Of a DNA stretch of 64,000 nucleotides, positions 11,549 through 23,888 are shown one piece after another. A program made the translations under genes and the position numbers. Position 1 is the first letter of the stretch. Every line of letters starts with the position of its first letter. Source of the stretch: Felis catus (taxonomy: Eukaryota); contig NC_058368.1 in the NCBI RefSeq assembly GCF_018350175.1, positions 189,598,001 through 189,662,000 on the forward strand. Direction: 5' to 3'. The notes beneath the pieces are model-generated. The model had not been told where the DNA came from and did not search any database. It saw only the letters and a list, made by a program, of their open reading frames with translations.

Positions 11549-12645
11549 TATAAATTCTCAAATCTAATAACACTTTGACCACAAGATCTAATTTTTGATT
11601 TGGAAACTAGTCATAGTAGATAGAGATAACTGGAAGAATCAACATGTAAAATGTAAATTAATCAACAATGCTCTTCTCTATTAAGTACATCATTTCTGTA
11701 GGACTCTAAATCTATCCATCAATTGCTTTTCCTCCTTGTAAAAAAAGCAATGCCATAGGGTTTAAAAACAAATCAACAAGGAAAGATAATAACTGAACAC
11801 AGGTCAGGAGAACTTAACCCAGGTCTTGCTCTGCGATTAGCTGAATAACCTGTCCTTGACATACACTGTGAGATTTGGTGGCCTCTTATATAAGATAAGG
11901 TTTTGGGAATGTACCTGAAGGTACTTTCCAGCCCTAAGGTTCCAGCGATCACTCTTTCAGTGATTCAATAAGATTCATAAATTGTAGTAAAGGGTTCTGA
12001 CATCAGTGATTGACTTCTCCTCTTGGCTGTGCAGAAGGCTACAGGCCAGATGAAAAACAAGTATCCAGACAAACATGGGATGGAGTAAGGCAGCACTGAC
12101 AAACTCTGCAAGGCGTGCTATTCAATTACCAGGATGGCAGTGTCCTGGGCTGAGTCTATAAGGCAGTAGTTACCTCTGCAGCTAGTCCTCAGTCCCCAGG
12201 AATGGGGCCTCCACATACCTATCAAGAAATTACCCATATCCTTCTGGCACATGGAGTGTTGGCAGCAAGGGAAATCCTGGCTCTAATCCAGGCCATGAGG
12301 CAAACCTCATCAATATGAGAGTAAGCCCTCAGCTTATCCCAACATCATTGTTCCTAGAAATAAAACTATCATCAGAATGTCTTCAAATGGAGTGCAGCCA
12401 TGATGCAGTCCTTGAAAGTATGGCAAATAAATGTTTCTCCAGATGCAGTGCTCAACCATGAACCAATAGCAATTATCATTAGTTCATCACAACACCAAGA
12501 ACCCATATGAAGCCTCAGAAGTCTTTTAAATATCAATGAATTGTATTTGCATCAAGTTTAAAGCCTACTTGTCATAGCTAATACAATTTTAAATTGGGTA
12601 TAAAATAATATATATACAAACCATATGATATTAGCTATGCTTTTT

Positions 12646-12697
12646 TTAAGTTTTTTTTTTATTTATTTTTAGAGAGAGATTAAGAACACAGCAAGGA

Positions 12698-12741
<44 letters not shown>

Positions 12742-12865
12742 CCCAAGCAGGCTTCACACTATCAGCACAGAACCCCATGTGGGACTTGAACTCACAAACT
12801 GTGAGATCATGACCTGTGCCGAAATTGAGTCAGTTGCTTAACTTCCTGAGCCACCCAGGTGCCCC
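12646..12865 (-). mobile_element. SINEC inserted into old L1 3' end
   Basis: reverse SINEC with (GA)n; TSD tagctatgcttttt at 12632-12645 and 12866-12879. Confidence 0.93.
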
Positions 12866-13279
12866 TAGCTATGCTTTTTAAAACATGATAAAATACTAAG
12901 ATTATCTCTGGGTGGTAGAATTACAGGTCTTTTTTTTTTTTTACTCTTATATTTTCCAAATATTCTGCAACTGACCTGTATTACTTTTATACTCAGAAAA
13001 AAATAAGAGTTTAACAACAACAAAATCACCTTGACTGTTCTTTGACAATGTTTAAGAGAGACTACCAAGCTTGTCCGTTCATTTGGGAGACTAATTTGAA
13101 TGAATTGAATGCTACATTGAATTTGCTCCTTTGAAATGTCATTCCTATGACAGACAGTTTAAATCAAAGAGTAGTGTAATATTGCCAGAAAAATAGAAAA
13201 TCAGAAACCCTAAATCCTACTCCTAGTTCTGCTCTCCAACTAGCTTGAGATTGTGACCAAGTGATAGCTTCTCTGGGCC

Positions 13280-13530
13280 TCAGAGTATGGGACTAGAATC
13301 AAATCACCCATGTCCAAATCCTGCCTCTTCTGCCTTCTACCTGTGTGACCTAAGGCCAGCAACTTAATCTCCCTGAGCCTCAGTTGCCAATTCAGAAATT
13401 GGGAATAATAATTGTCACTGCTTCCCAGGACCATTGTAAAAATAAAATAAGAGAGTCTATGGAGGCCTTTAGCCTCATGCCAGGCACTCTGGAAGTGCTC
13501 AGGGAACACTAGCTGGAATCATTATTATTA
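13280..13530 (+). mobile_element. MIR
   Basis: 'caaatcctgcctc...ctgtgtgacctaaggc..aacttaatctccctgagcctcagtt...atgccaggcac'. Confidence 0.8.
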
Positions 13531-14384
13531 CCTTTCCTGTCCCAAAGCAGAAGGAAAGCAAACATGTTTTTGAGGGGGGCCTTCTGTGGGAGGAACCATG
13601 TCTCTGCTCTTCAGTGCTTTGCCAGAGGCCTAGCCAGTTCTTCCCCACAGAAGCCCAAACTCTCCACAATGACCAAGTTCTTTTTGCCTTCCCTTGACAC
13701 TCATTTATTTCCCACTCTTCCTCCTAAGCAGCTTCTGAGATCACCAGGTTTCCCTGGGGGACAGGAAGGGGGTAAAAGAAAGCATGTGGTGCCTGCTGAC
13801 ATCCATAGAACATCAAGATGACCCCTCTTACCTTTAAAAGAAATGGTTTGCGTGTGTGGCCCAAGACAAAGGGAGTAATGTTGACTTTTACTTGTTAGAC
13901 ACTATCTCGGATCTCCTGGGTTTGTTTGATGAATTGTTTTGGGTAGATAAAATATCCCTGTTCCCACTCTCCCCGATTCTGCCACTGGGAGCAGATTAAC
14001 AAAAAATGTGCTCTTCACATCGGAAAATGCAGCCCTACAAAAACAGTTCTTGAGGGAGAAAATTTTTTTTGTCTCTGCTGATAATGTTCCCACGCTTTGT
14101 GGACAGCCCATGCTGGCCTGAACTTGGGGTCACCTTCTCTCATTTGGAAGTGTCAGGAGGAACTTAGGGTTGCAGACCCTACACACAGTTTGCAGCTAAT
14201 GCTTCAACGGATGGAAGACAGGCCCAGGAAATCCATGGGGAATGAAGAAGACCAACCCCTACCCTCTGTGACTTATGAGCCTACAACAGAAAAGGAAGGA
14301 CGAGAGTGACCTTTGGCTACAGGAAAAAAGAGCTTAGAGAAAAGACAAATAACAGTTGCAAGAGGCTGTATAGACCAGAGGTTA

Positions 14385-14920
14385 AATGCATCATGGGCTT
14401 TGAAGTCCAACAGGCTTCAGTTCCCATTCTTGACACTGCCCCATACTCAGGCAGGCAACTTCGCTGAAGCTTAGCCACACAGGGGAGAGGAAGATTGACC
14501 CCATAGGAGTTGTTGTGAGGCCTAAAGGAGTTGATGGAGACCAAGCACCTGGAGGGTGAAACTGGTGGCTTTATTAATAATATGTACATCTTTGATAGAG
14601 GTCTTTCTCTAGAATAGGAAGCATTTTCCCATGATAGCAGATAGGGTATAAACAGGGCCATGGAGAACCAACACAATGCTTGCACATGGTTTTCACTCTG
14701 TAATTGTAGCTGATATTATATTAAATTATAAAGGCTGGTGGTTATTGAGCAGTACTATGGACCAGGCACCATTCTAGGTGTTTACATGCATCCTCTTATT
14801 TGATTCTTAGAGAAATCATTATAATAACAAGTGTTACTATTATTACCCCCATTTTATAGAAAACCAAGACTTATAAAATTGCCCAAGGTCACTCAGATAG
14901 TAGATGGTAGAGCTGAAATT
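14385..14920. mobile_element. Two MIR fragments (+ ~14385-14580, - ~14740-14920)
   Basis: 'gggctttgaagtc...ccataggagttgttgtgagg' and 'ttattgagc..caggcaccattctagg...cccattttatag..gcccaaggtcac'. Confidence 0.65.
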
Positions 14921-14987
14921 ACCTATGCACATACATGATCCATTTCATGCATCTTATTGATTGTGGTCACTAAAGACTTTAACTCTT

Positions 14988-15270
14988 TTCTTTTCTTTTT
15001 TTCTTTTCTTTTCTTTTCTTTTCTTTTCTTTTCTTTTCTTTTCTTTTCTTTTCTTTTAATGTTTATTTATTTTTTCAGAGAGAGAGACAGAGCATGAGCA
15101 GGGGAGGTACAGAGGGAGAGGGAGACACAAATCTGAAGCAGGCTCCAGGCTCTTATCTGTCATGACAGCACTGAGCCTGATAAGGAGCTCGAACTCACGG
15201 ACCACGAGATCATGACCTGGGCCAAAGTCAGGTTAAGTTGGCTTAGCCAACTGAGCCACCCAGGCACTCC
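14988..15270 (-). mobile_element. SINEC with (GAAAA)n-expanded tail
   Basis: reverse SINEC; (TTTTC)n 14986-15056; TSD agactttaactctt at 14974-14987 and 15271-15284. Confidence 0.93.
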
Positions 15271-16047
15271 AGACTTTAACTCTTCTCTATAGAAAGATGT
15301 TGGAGTGACCTTTTATCACATATTAGCCCTTCATCTATGACCAGACTCACATCCCACATTTGCACCACGTCTTAGGTTGGGACGCTGTTAGCAGTGGCTG
15401 GAAATTATACTGAAAAGTTTCTCCAGCCAAGCCCTCAAAACCTCTTAATCTGTACAAACATTTAATGGTACACCCCCAAAACCCTCACAGATCATCACTC
15501 AGTGCCCTCCCCCCCCCCCCTTATAAAAGAGAAAACAAGGTCTGGAAAGGTGAAGTGACTACAACAAAGACATACAGCCAGCTCCTAGCCTAGCCAAGTC
15601 TGGAAGAATTCAGCTCTCCATTCTTTGCTACCATTTCATGCTTCATTACCTCTAATATCACAGTCTTCCTTGCAAATTAAATGTGGGCTTTCACCAGGGT
15701 TAATGATAACAGTTGTTAGTCCACTTTCTATCCCTCGTTCCCAACACATGTGCCCATGTGACAATAGGGGAGCCTCCACCATAAATCTGACAAGCTGATA
15801 CCTGCCACCATGCCAATGAGGATGCCCATTTGACAGTATCACAAATCTATCCTAAGTATAAGGCATCCCTCTCCTTCCTCTCACCCATTTCCTGCAGCCC
15901 ACCCTTGTCTTCTTGCTGCCTTGTTGAGACCATGCTTAGCCAACATGCTAAAGCATAAGTCCATTGTGAACGTTTCTTTTCTCATCTACAAAGACTTTTG
16001 TTAATGGGTTCTAGGATGTAAGGAGCATGAAGAGGATGAATGCTCAC

Positions 16048-16340
16048 CCATTCATTTAGTAACTAAATAAATATTTATTGAGCACCTATTATGCAACAGG
16101 CATTGGACCTGAGTGCTGGAGTATAGTAAACAACCAGACGTGATCCCAGATCAGAAACTACAGCCCAGAGGGTGACACAAATATAAAATAGGCAACCACA
16201 TCAACAAACAAAATGATAATATGCAATGAAGGACAACAAATAAGGTGCAGTGGAGAGAATAATAGAAGAAGCTCAGCTAGGAGCAAGGACTCAGGACAAG
16301 GCCTCTCTGAGGAGGCAATCTCTGAGTACATGCCCAGGGA
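16048..16340 (-). mobile_element. L2 3' end
   Basis: 'cattcattt...aaatatttattgagcacctattatg...ggcctctctgaggagg'. Confidence 0.75.
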
Positions 16341-16434
16341 ATACTTGAGCTCTCCATGAGAACATCAGAGACTTCTCTCATAATTCTGTCCCTAGCCACC
16401 CTTCCAGGTTTTCAGCTTGTCTCAAATCATGTTT

Positions 16435-16577
16435 AATATTTTTTAATTGTAAAAATAAGATGTATTCATTGTAGAACATTTAAAAAAATCAAAAAAATAT
16501 AAAAGAAGAAAAATTGTTCACAAACTCATACTTCCATTAGTGCTATATATATATATATACATATATATACACATATA

Positions 16578-16621
<44 letters not shown>

Positions 16622-17140
16622 ATTATAAAAAAGAAACTTTCATTATATGGACATGGTAAAAAAAAAATCCAAGGCATGAAAAAATGTCTAATAAAAACTA
16701 AGTTCTTCCACTCTATTCTTCCACTGTAGCCACTACCACCCCCAGTTTTATTCCCCAGAGTATCAGTTTTTTGTGTGGACTTGAAATATATACATTTTTT
16801 ACCTAAAGTGATATTATTCTATAGAACCTATTCTGCTTCCTTCTTTATTATTTAACAATATATCCTGAAGAAGCAAGTATATATAATTTTATTCTTTTTT
16901 AATAACTATTAATGCCTATTTTTACATAGCTGAGACCACATTGTATAATAATTTTGCATCCTGCTTTTTTCACTTAATATTACATCATTAAAAATTCTTA
17001 CTTCATTTAAAATTATTTGTAAAAATTAAAAAAAAACATTTTAATGATGGCAAAACATTCTACTATATGAGTAAACCATAATTTACATAAACATTACCTA
17101 ATTATGCATGAAGCTGCTGCTGTGTTTTTTTCTACTTATA
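16435..17140 (-). mobile_element. Old L1M (L1ME/L1MC-type) 3' fragments with embedded (TA)n at ~16544-16619
   Basis: 'ttttaattgtaaaaataa..attcattgtagaa', 'ctgcttttttcacttaatat', 'ccataattta'. Confidence 0.6.
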
Positions 17141-17829
17141 GAATCTTGCATTCATTTCTATAAAAATTTATTGAGACCTCTTATGAACCCAGCATTGTTC
17201 TCTAGTCTACTACAATATACCAAAGATGGATATGATATGCATATTAATATCCTTAAGAATACAAAGAATATGCACTGTGCTGTATACAACAGCTCTCTAG
17301 ATGGTCCCATCTGCCAGCAGCCTAAGTCAGCTCTGCTATAGGCAGCAAGACTAATGCCTGTTTCTTGCTATTTTTGCTCTCTGACTTACTCCTCTCACCA
17401 CTGACCTTTGCTTACCAAGAGTAATAAAATAGAGTCAAGGGCTCAGAAAAGGAGGCAAAGGAGACCTCTTTGCCAGTTTACATTCTAGACCTCAATCTTC
17501 TTCTGTTTTAGGCAAAACATGTCCCCCATGTGGCCCAAAGGATTCTACATAAGGTATGAGGCTAAGCTCAAGATGGTAATAAAATGTCCCTTTAAATGGC
17601 TTTGTTATGGGCATACATCTTTTAAGAATTTTGCTGAGGAATGGCTGAGACCAGACAGAATTTGGATGCCTACAATACCTCCACTAGACAGTTCCCTATC
17701 CATGTGCACATAATTACCAGCTCAGTGTATATGACCATGGGTCCTGGAGCCAGAGGGCAACTACTTACTAGGCTAGTAATTTGACCTTTCTGTGGCTCCA
17801 ATGACCTCATCTTTAAAATGGTGATAATA

Positions 17830-18056
17830 GGGGCACCTGGTAGCTCAGTCAGTTGAGCATCTAATTCTTGATTTTGGCTCAGGTGATGATCTCACAGTTT
17901 GTGGACTCAAGCCCCACATTGGGCTCTGTGCTGTCAGTGTGGAGCCTGCTTGGGATTTTCTCCCCACCCCCCCCACCCCCGCCCCTCCCCTGCTCTCTTT
18001 CTCTCACTCTCTCTCAAAGATAAATGAATAAATGTAAAATTTTTTAATGAAATAAG
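17830..18056 (+). mobile_element. SINEC inserted in a MIR (~17720-18180)
   Basis: perfect 16-bp TSD taaaatggtgataata at 17814-17829 and 18057-18072; MIR core on both sides. Confidence 0.93.
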
Positions 18057-18242
18057 TAAAATGGTGATAATAATAGAGCCTACATTGTTGTTTTAATGTG
18101 AGAATTTCATGAGTTGATTTCAGGTAAGTAATTTAGAACTATGCCTGAGATACCATAAGCACTTAATAAACGTTTATCGTTAGAGTTTGTAATAGGTGAA
18201 AAAAGAAGTTGAGTGCTTAAGTTTAAAGAAAAAAAAAACCTA

Positions 18243-18412
18243 GGGGCACCTGGGTGGCTCAGTCGGTTAAGCATCCGACTTTGGTTCAGATCATGGTCTC
18301 GAGGCTCTTGAGTTAGAGCCCCACCTTGGGCTCTGTGCTGACAGCTCAGAACCTGGAGCCTGCTTGGGACACCGTGTCTCCCTGCCTCTCTGCCCCTCCC
18401 CCAGTCGCGCGG

Positions 18413-18463
<51 letters not shown>

Positions 18464-18482
18464 AATAAATAAACATTAAAAA
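18243..18482 (+). mobile_element. SINEC (first of tandem pair) with long (TC)n
   Basis: ggggcacctgggtggctcagtcggttaagcatccg...(tc)n aaaaataaataaacattaaaa. Confidence 0.93.
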
Positions 18483-18492
18483 AAACTTATTA

Positions 18493-18707
18493 GGGGCACC
18501 TGGGTGGCTCAGTCGGTGAAGCGTCTGACTTCAGTTCAGGTCATGATTTCACAGTGTGGGAGTTTGAGCCCTGCATCAGGCTCTGTGCTGACAGATCAGA
18601 GCCTGGAGCCTATTTTGCATTCTGTGTCTCCCTCTCTCTCTGCCCCTCCTCCACTTGTGCTGTCTCTCTTGCTCTCAAAAATAAATAAAACATTAAAAAA
18701 ATTTTTT
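18493..18707 (+). mobile_element. SINEC (second of tandem pair)
   Basis: TSD aaacttatta (18483-18492)/aaactcatta (18708-18717). Confidence 0.93.
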
Positions 18708-19469
18708 AAACTCATTAAATTCCAACAGCATTACAGAAGAAGTCCAAAAGGAATGAAATACTTTACAAAATCAACTGTAAATATTTAACATTCCTCAACA
18801 TATATTTAAGTATGGGACTAGGGGGAACATGGCCAGAATAAAGTAGTAAACGCTGCTTAATGTGTTGAATTGTTAAGATCAAGGACTAGATCAAACCATA
18901 TGAACTTCTTTTCAGCCATCACATGGACTTATGATAGAGGAGATATGATGTATCATTTCAACCATCCAATCATCTAATCATTTCAATTATCCGATCTTAT
19001 TTTTAACTCCTCTAGGGAAGAATTAGAGTATAAATTTCTCTAAAACGCATTCCAAGCAGAAGGAATCATATTAGACAAGCATAAAACCATGGAAGTATAC
19101 TGTGCGCCCAAAGGAGGACAAATGGCTCACTGGAGACAATATTAGAGCATTTTGCGTGGTTGAAGCCAGAATCTAGCAGAAGAAGATGATGCTAGAAAGA
19201 CTGGAATTGGGTCAAAATATTCAAGGCCTCTAAGGCCACAAAGAAGTGATTGCATTTATCCAACAAATGTAAGAAAAAAGGTAACTCTTCCTATTTTCAT
19301 TTTAAATAGCATATATGGCCATATAGAGAATATATCAAATGGCAGAAAAATTAGAGGCAAAAAGGCTACCTTAAGGTTGCTAAGAATCTAGGTCAGAGAT
19401 GATAAAAAATATGATGTCAGATGATAGAAAAGTCAAAAGGGAGAGAAGAAGACATCAAAAGACATTTCA

Positions 19470-19678
19470 GGGGAGCCTGAGTGGCTCAGTTGGTTGAACG
19501 TCTGACTCTTGATTTCAGTTGAGGTCATGATCCCAGGGTCATGGGATCAAGCCCCCTGTTGGGCCCCGTGCTGAGCCTGGAGCCTGCTTGGGATTCTTTC
19601 TCTCTTTCCCTCTACCCCTCTGCCCTCTCCCCCACTTGTGGTCTCTCTTTCTCTCTAAAATAAAAATAAATAAAAATA
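19470..19678 (+). mobile_element. SINEC inserted in minus-strand L2 (~19000-19790)
   Basis: SINEC body; TSD aaaagacattt at 19457-19467 and 19679-19689. Confidence 0.9.
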
Positions 19679-20920
19679 AAAAGACATTTAAGAGATAGAA
19701 GCAAAGGGTTTTAGTGACTGTTTAATGTCACAGGCAAAAGGAAAAGAGAGAAGAGTTAAAGTTGTTCCAAATCATCATGTCAGAAAGATAAGTGATTAGA
19801 GAACAACACAGTGAAGTGTTGGTGGTTAGGAAGCATTCATCGTGAGTGGGAGTATAAAGAGGGTCACATTCTGGTGGTGTTGAGCAGAATCCCCGGGCAT
19901 CTAAGTCACTGGTTTCCCCTGGGATCAGGAGACACCTGACATGGAGAGAGTTGTTGAAACAAGAGATTGAGGATGTGCGAGAAACAATCTTTACCCATTT
20001 GACTATTGTGCCAAGTGGTCCTGCCAATAAGAATCTCCCTTCATTGCCTTCCAATGTGGTGACATCCTCCCAAACACTCCACAGCCTCTTTTTGCTTCCT
20101 ACCAAAAATGATGTGTCATTCCTCTGTAACTCCATGGTACCCAGCATGTATCACCACACAATATCATAATTATCAGTTCCTCTACCTATTTTCCTCTAGA
20201 CTATGAATTTCTTATTGGCAAGAAATATGTCCTATTTATCTCCATAATATTTATACCTAGCACCATGTCCAGCACACAAGCTATAATCAGATTCTATAAG
20301 GCAGAATCCCCTCATTGCCTCATACACAAAAATAATCATATGCAGTTGCATTTGTCCCTCACAGATAGCTGCAGTGGTAATGTTCTTTGACCTGTTGAAA
20401 TTGATAGAAGGAGGTGTATAGTCTGACAAATTTTAATCAAGACACTCAGATGTTGTCTGCTGCACTCTACATGCACTATAGACCCATCTGCCTTTTCTTA
20501 TATTCCTGCTACAACCATTTTGTTTCTCTATTTCTGGAGTCCCACAATAAATTTTTTTTTAAATCTTTACCATACCAGTACCCAGAAACATAGCAGCAAA
20601 GAAAGGAAAGGCCAAATTCAAAATGAAAAGCTGATGACAAGCAATATATTTTTCTGTTTTAATTATTTTATTTATAAACCTGTTAGAGATCTGAATGGAT
20701 TGTAAAGAGTATACCAGGATTTCGAGATTTAATTTGGGTTTTACAAGCAGTGAAAGCAAATGAGGCATTCATCTCAAAGCAATTTCTCAACTGGAATTAT
20801 TGTACTCGGTGCATTGACAAGGAAACCAAGACATAGAATAAAGAAATAAACAGTCCAAAGTCACAGGCAGAAACTGGGGACAATAAGAAATGAAATAGAA
20901 TTCCTGATTCTGAGCACAGA

Positions 20921-21084
20921 CTGGTGGCTCTTAACCTTAAGTAGGCAGAAAAATCACCTGGTACTCTTGTTTTAAACGCAGATCCCTAGGCCCCAGCCCA
21001 GACCTGGTGAGTCACACTCAGGAAGCTACACTTTTCCAGGCTTCCCCAGTGGTTCTTATGAACACTTAAACTTGAGTGCCACTG
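20921..21084. mobile_element. MER5A-like hAT-Charlie MITE
   Basis: 'aatcacctgg...aaacgcagatccctaggccccagcccagacct...ccccagtggttcttatgaacacttaaacttgagtgccactg'. Confidence 0.75.
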
Positions 21085-21469
21085 ATCCAATGGTTAGGGG
21101 TCAGAAGCCACACGTGGGAAGCTACTACACTTGACTCTTCAAATGGTTCTGCTCTATTTGGCTTACTCAGAAAGCCACACTGGCAAGAGTCTAAAGGAAG
21201 TGGGCAAGAAGGCATTATGGGAGGCTCCTCCCCCAAAGCCCTTTGGATCGCTACCACATTCTGTCTTACCAAGCCAGGCCTGACAAACAAGAACCAGCCC
21301 CCCACCCAGACACACACATACCCACTTCCACTCCCCAAGGCCACTGTGTAAACACGGAAACTTTCTCTTCAGTGCTGCTTCTGAAGAACTACTGAGACGG
21401 GACAGCTCCCCTTTCCCCATCCTTCCTGCAAGGTTTTTTGGTTCTTTTTTTTTTTTGTTGTTGTTCTCT

Positions 21470-22110
21470 GTACAATTAATTAGCTAATAATTTTTGCTTC
21501 TGATCCATTCCTCATTAAAAAGCTGAATCCCCAAGTTGGAGCTGTCGGAACAAAGGTGGGAGAATTTATGTCTTAATTTTGGTTCATTATGGCAGGAAGC
21601 CTCTTGCTCCCATCACTCTCTCTCCTCAGCCCCTCCTCTCCCAAGCTCTGAAGGCTCTGTGACCCTAAATGCCTCTCGCGCAGCAGCCGCCATGGAGGCA
21701 CTGTCTCTGCCCTTTATCTTCCGCCGCCTCATTAAGAGAAATGAACCTGAGTCTGAGAAAGACGACACAGGGGAAATAAAAATGTAATCCCTTGGTGCCA
21801 CCTATAATGAATTGTTATGAAAACCATGAAAATATCTGTCTGCGGATATTGTTCTTTGATTTGAAGTCAGTGTTGTAAGCGGTAATTTTTGTCATTAAAG
21901 CTGTTAATCTGCTCAGCGCTCCTCATAAGTTTTTATGAAGAAAAACAGCCCTGCTGCCTCCCTGCTCATCGCAGGGTACTTTGGAGGCCAACACACATGC
22001 AGAGCACTGTGGAATAATTAGCTTTAATTATGGCTGATACTGCTGTCTGTTGAAAGTGGAGGGACTTCATGCTGCTAGTCCTGGGGATTCGGCCTGCCCG
22101 GCCTTCGCAA
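21470..22110. promoter_or_regulatory. Candidate conserved non-coding element/developmental enhancer
   Basis: repeat-free, ~14 retained CpGs; TAATTA sites incl. ATAATTA-gctt-TAATTAT (22014-22031); adjacent SOX ATTGTT and TCF/LEF CTTTGAT (21848-21860); TTTATG sites. Conservation not verified. Confidence 0.55.
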
Positions 22111-22179
22111 GGCTGGAGGAGAAAGGCCTCCAGCTTTGAATCTGGGCTCCCAACTGCAGCCAACATTGTGCACCACACC

Positions 22180-22640
22180 CCAGGGCAGATGCACTCTAGA
22201 CACCACATGCTCACACTCAAGCATGAACACACATATCTATGTGCACACACACCCATATACATACATACACGTACATACTCACACACAGCCCTCACAACAT
22301 ACGTACACACTGGCAACTTCATCTCTCTCTCATCCCCAGTCCTCATGCCCAAAGTCAACCACCACAAACACCAATACCATCCACGATCCACACACAGTTC
22401 TAATCACAACTTACGTATACCAAGTCATGACAAGATATGCGCCAACTAAGGCACCACAAAAACTTAGCATACCCAACCAGCTACACCAACATAAACATTC
22501 AGCTATATCACAGGCATATGCCCAAGCCCTCAGCCACAACCTACGCCAACCAGAACACGCATTCACCCTCCTTGCCATATGTACCTTGATGTATAAAGCA
22601 ACCCAAATCAGACACACACCCAACTATGAAACACATACCA
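22180..22640. repeat. Degenerate CA-rich low-complexity tract
   Basis: dense cacac/catac motifs, G-poor plus strand. Confidence 0.75.
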
Positions 22641-22896
22641 GTGCATTAGCTCTAAGAGACAGCCAGATCAATCTCCCACATTATGTGAAAAGCCTCGTAA
22701 TAAGCTGTGGAGGAGTAAGTGTTCTTGATCTCAAAGAACTCACTATATGATCAGAAATAAGAATCTAGACCACAAGCAAATGGCAATTCATTTAGCATCT
22801 ATTAATGCACAGAGCATTGATTGTGTGTCAAGCACAGACCTAGGCACTATGGGGATTTCACCAGTAAATAAGACACGGTCTGTGCCTTAACAAGCT

Positions 22897-23304
22897 TGTG
22901 GTAGGCACTGACTGCCTTTCAAGAAGGAATTTGTCCTCCCTGCTGGGAGTGCTATGTGCAGAGATCCTTTAGCTGCCCCCACTCAGGGGAATATAGCAAC
23001 TGCAGAGAGCTGCCTTGCCCGAGACCACTCCCTGCCCAAGGTGGCCACAGCCAGTGACTGATAACCATAGGAGTGTAAAAGCTTGGCCATTTTAGTCAAT
23101 GCCAAGCAACTCTGGCTGGTCATAGCTCCCCGCGTCAGTGGAGGTTCTAGTAACGTCTGCCTACATCTCAGGTCTGTTTCTCCCTCAGCCCACTCTTTCA
23201 TCTCCCTTTTACAGTTGTTAGTCCAAAGGGCAATCCCTAACAAACATCTTACCTTACTCAAGCCCACCTCAAAATCTGCTTCCCAGGGAACACAGCCTGT
23301 GGCA
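22897..23304 (+). mobile_element. ERVL solo LTR (LTR16-like)
   Basis: TG...CA ends; 5-bp TSD aagct/gagct; 3' end 'ccctaacaaacatc...ctcaaaatctgcttcccagggaacacagcctgtggca'. Confidence 0.75.
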
Positions 23305-23445
23305 GAGCTAAAGTCAACACCATCAGAGCTATGTATTAAGTAAGAGCATCAGAATGTAAGTGCTAAGGGGACTCTTTGGAAAGAGGGAGGAATTAAGCAG
23401 TAAGAGAAGGATTTCTGGAGAAGGTGAGATTTAAACTTGATCTGG

Positions 23446-23888
23446 GGGGTGCCTGGGTAGCTCAGTCAGTTAAGCATCCAACTCCTGATTTCAACTCAGG
23501 TCAGGATTTCAGGGTTGTGAGATGGAGGCCCGTGTCAGGCTTCACACTGAGTATGGAGCCTGCTTAAGATTCTCTCTCTTACAGGGTGCCTGGGTGGCTC
23601 AGCTGGTTGAGCACCTGCCCTGGGCTCAGGTCGTGTTCTCACGGCTCCCGAGTTCAAGCCCTGCATCAGACTCTGCTGTCAGCGAAGAGCCTGCTTCGGA
23701 TCCTCTGTCCTCATCTCTCTGTACCTCCCCGACTAGCGCTCTCGCGCACTCTTTCTCTTTCTCTCTGTCAAAAATAAATGAACATGAAAAGTATTCTCTC
23801 TCTTCCTCTCTCTCTGCCCTCCCTTACTCGTGTGTGTGTGTGTGCATATGTGTGCACGTGTGTTCACACAGGAGCACTTGCACACTCC
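23446..23888 (+). mobile_element. Outer SINEC split by a nested SINEC
   Basis: head 23446-23580, CT tract resumes ~23793; no A tail seen. Confidence 0.8.
23583..23790 (+). mobile_element. Nested SINEC
   Basis: complete head-to-tail copy; TSD attctctctctt on both sides at a tt|aaga site. Confidence 0.88.

Noticed and set aside
19728..20169. 139-aa minus-strand ORF
   Set aside because: No recognisable homology, overlaps L2-like fragments, no convincing splice sites
22136..22750. 204-aa ORF (and overlapping 126/141-aa ORFs)
   Set aside because: H/T-rich product of a CA-rich low-complexity tract that is poor in stop codons; no recognisable domain; no mitochondrial gene recognisable, so not called a numt
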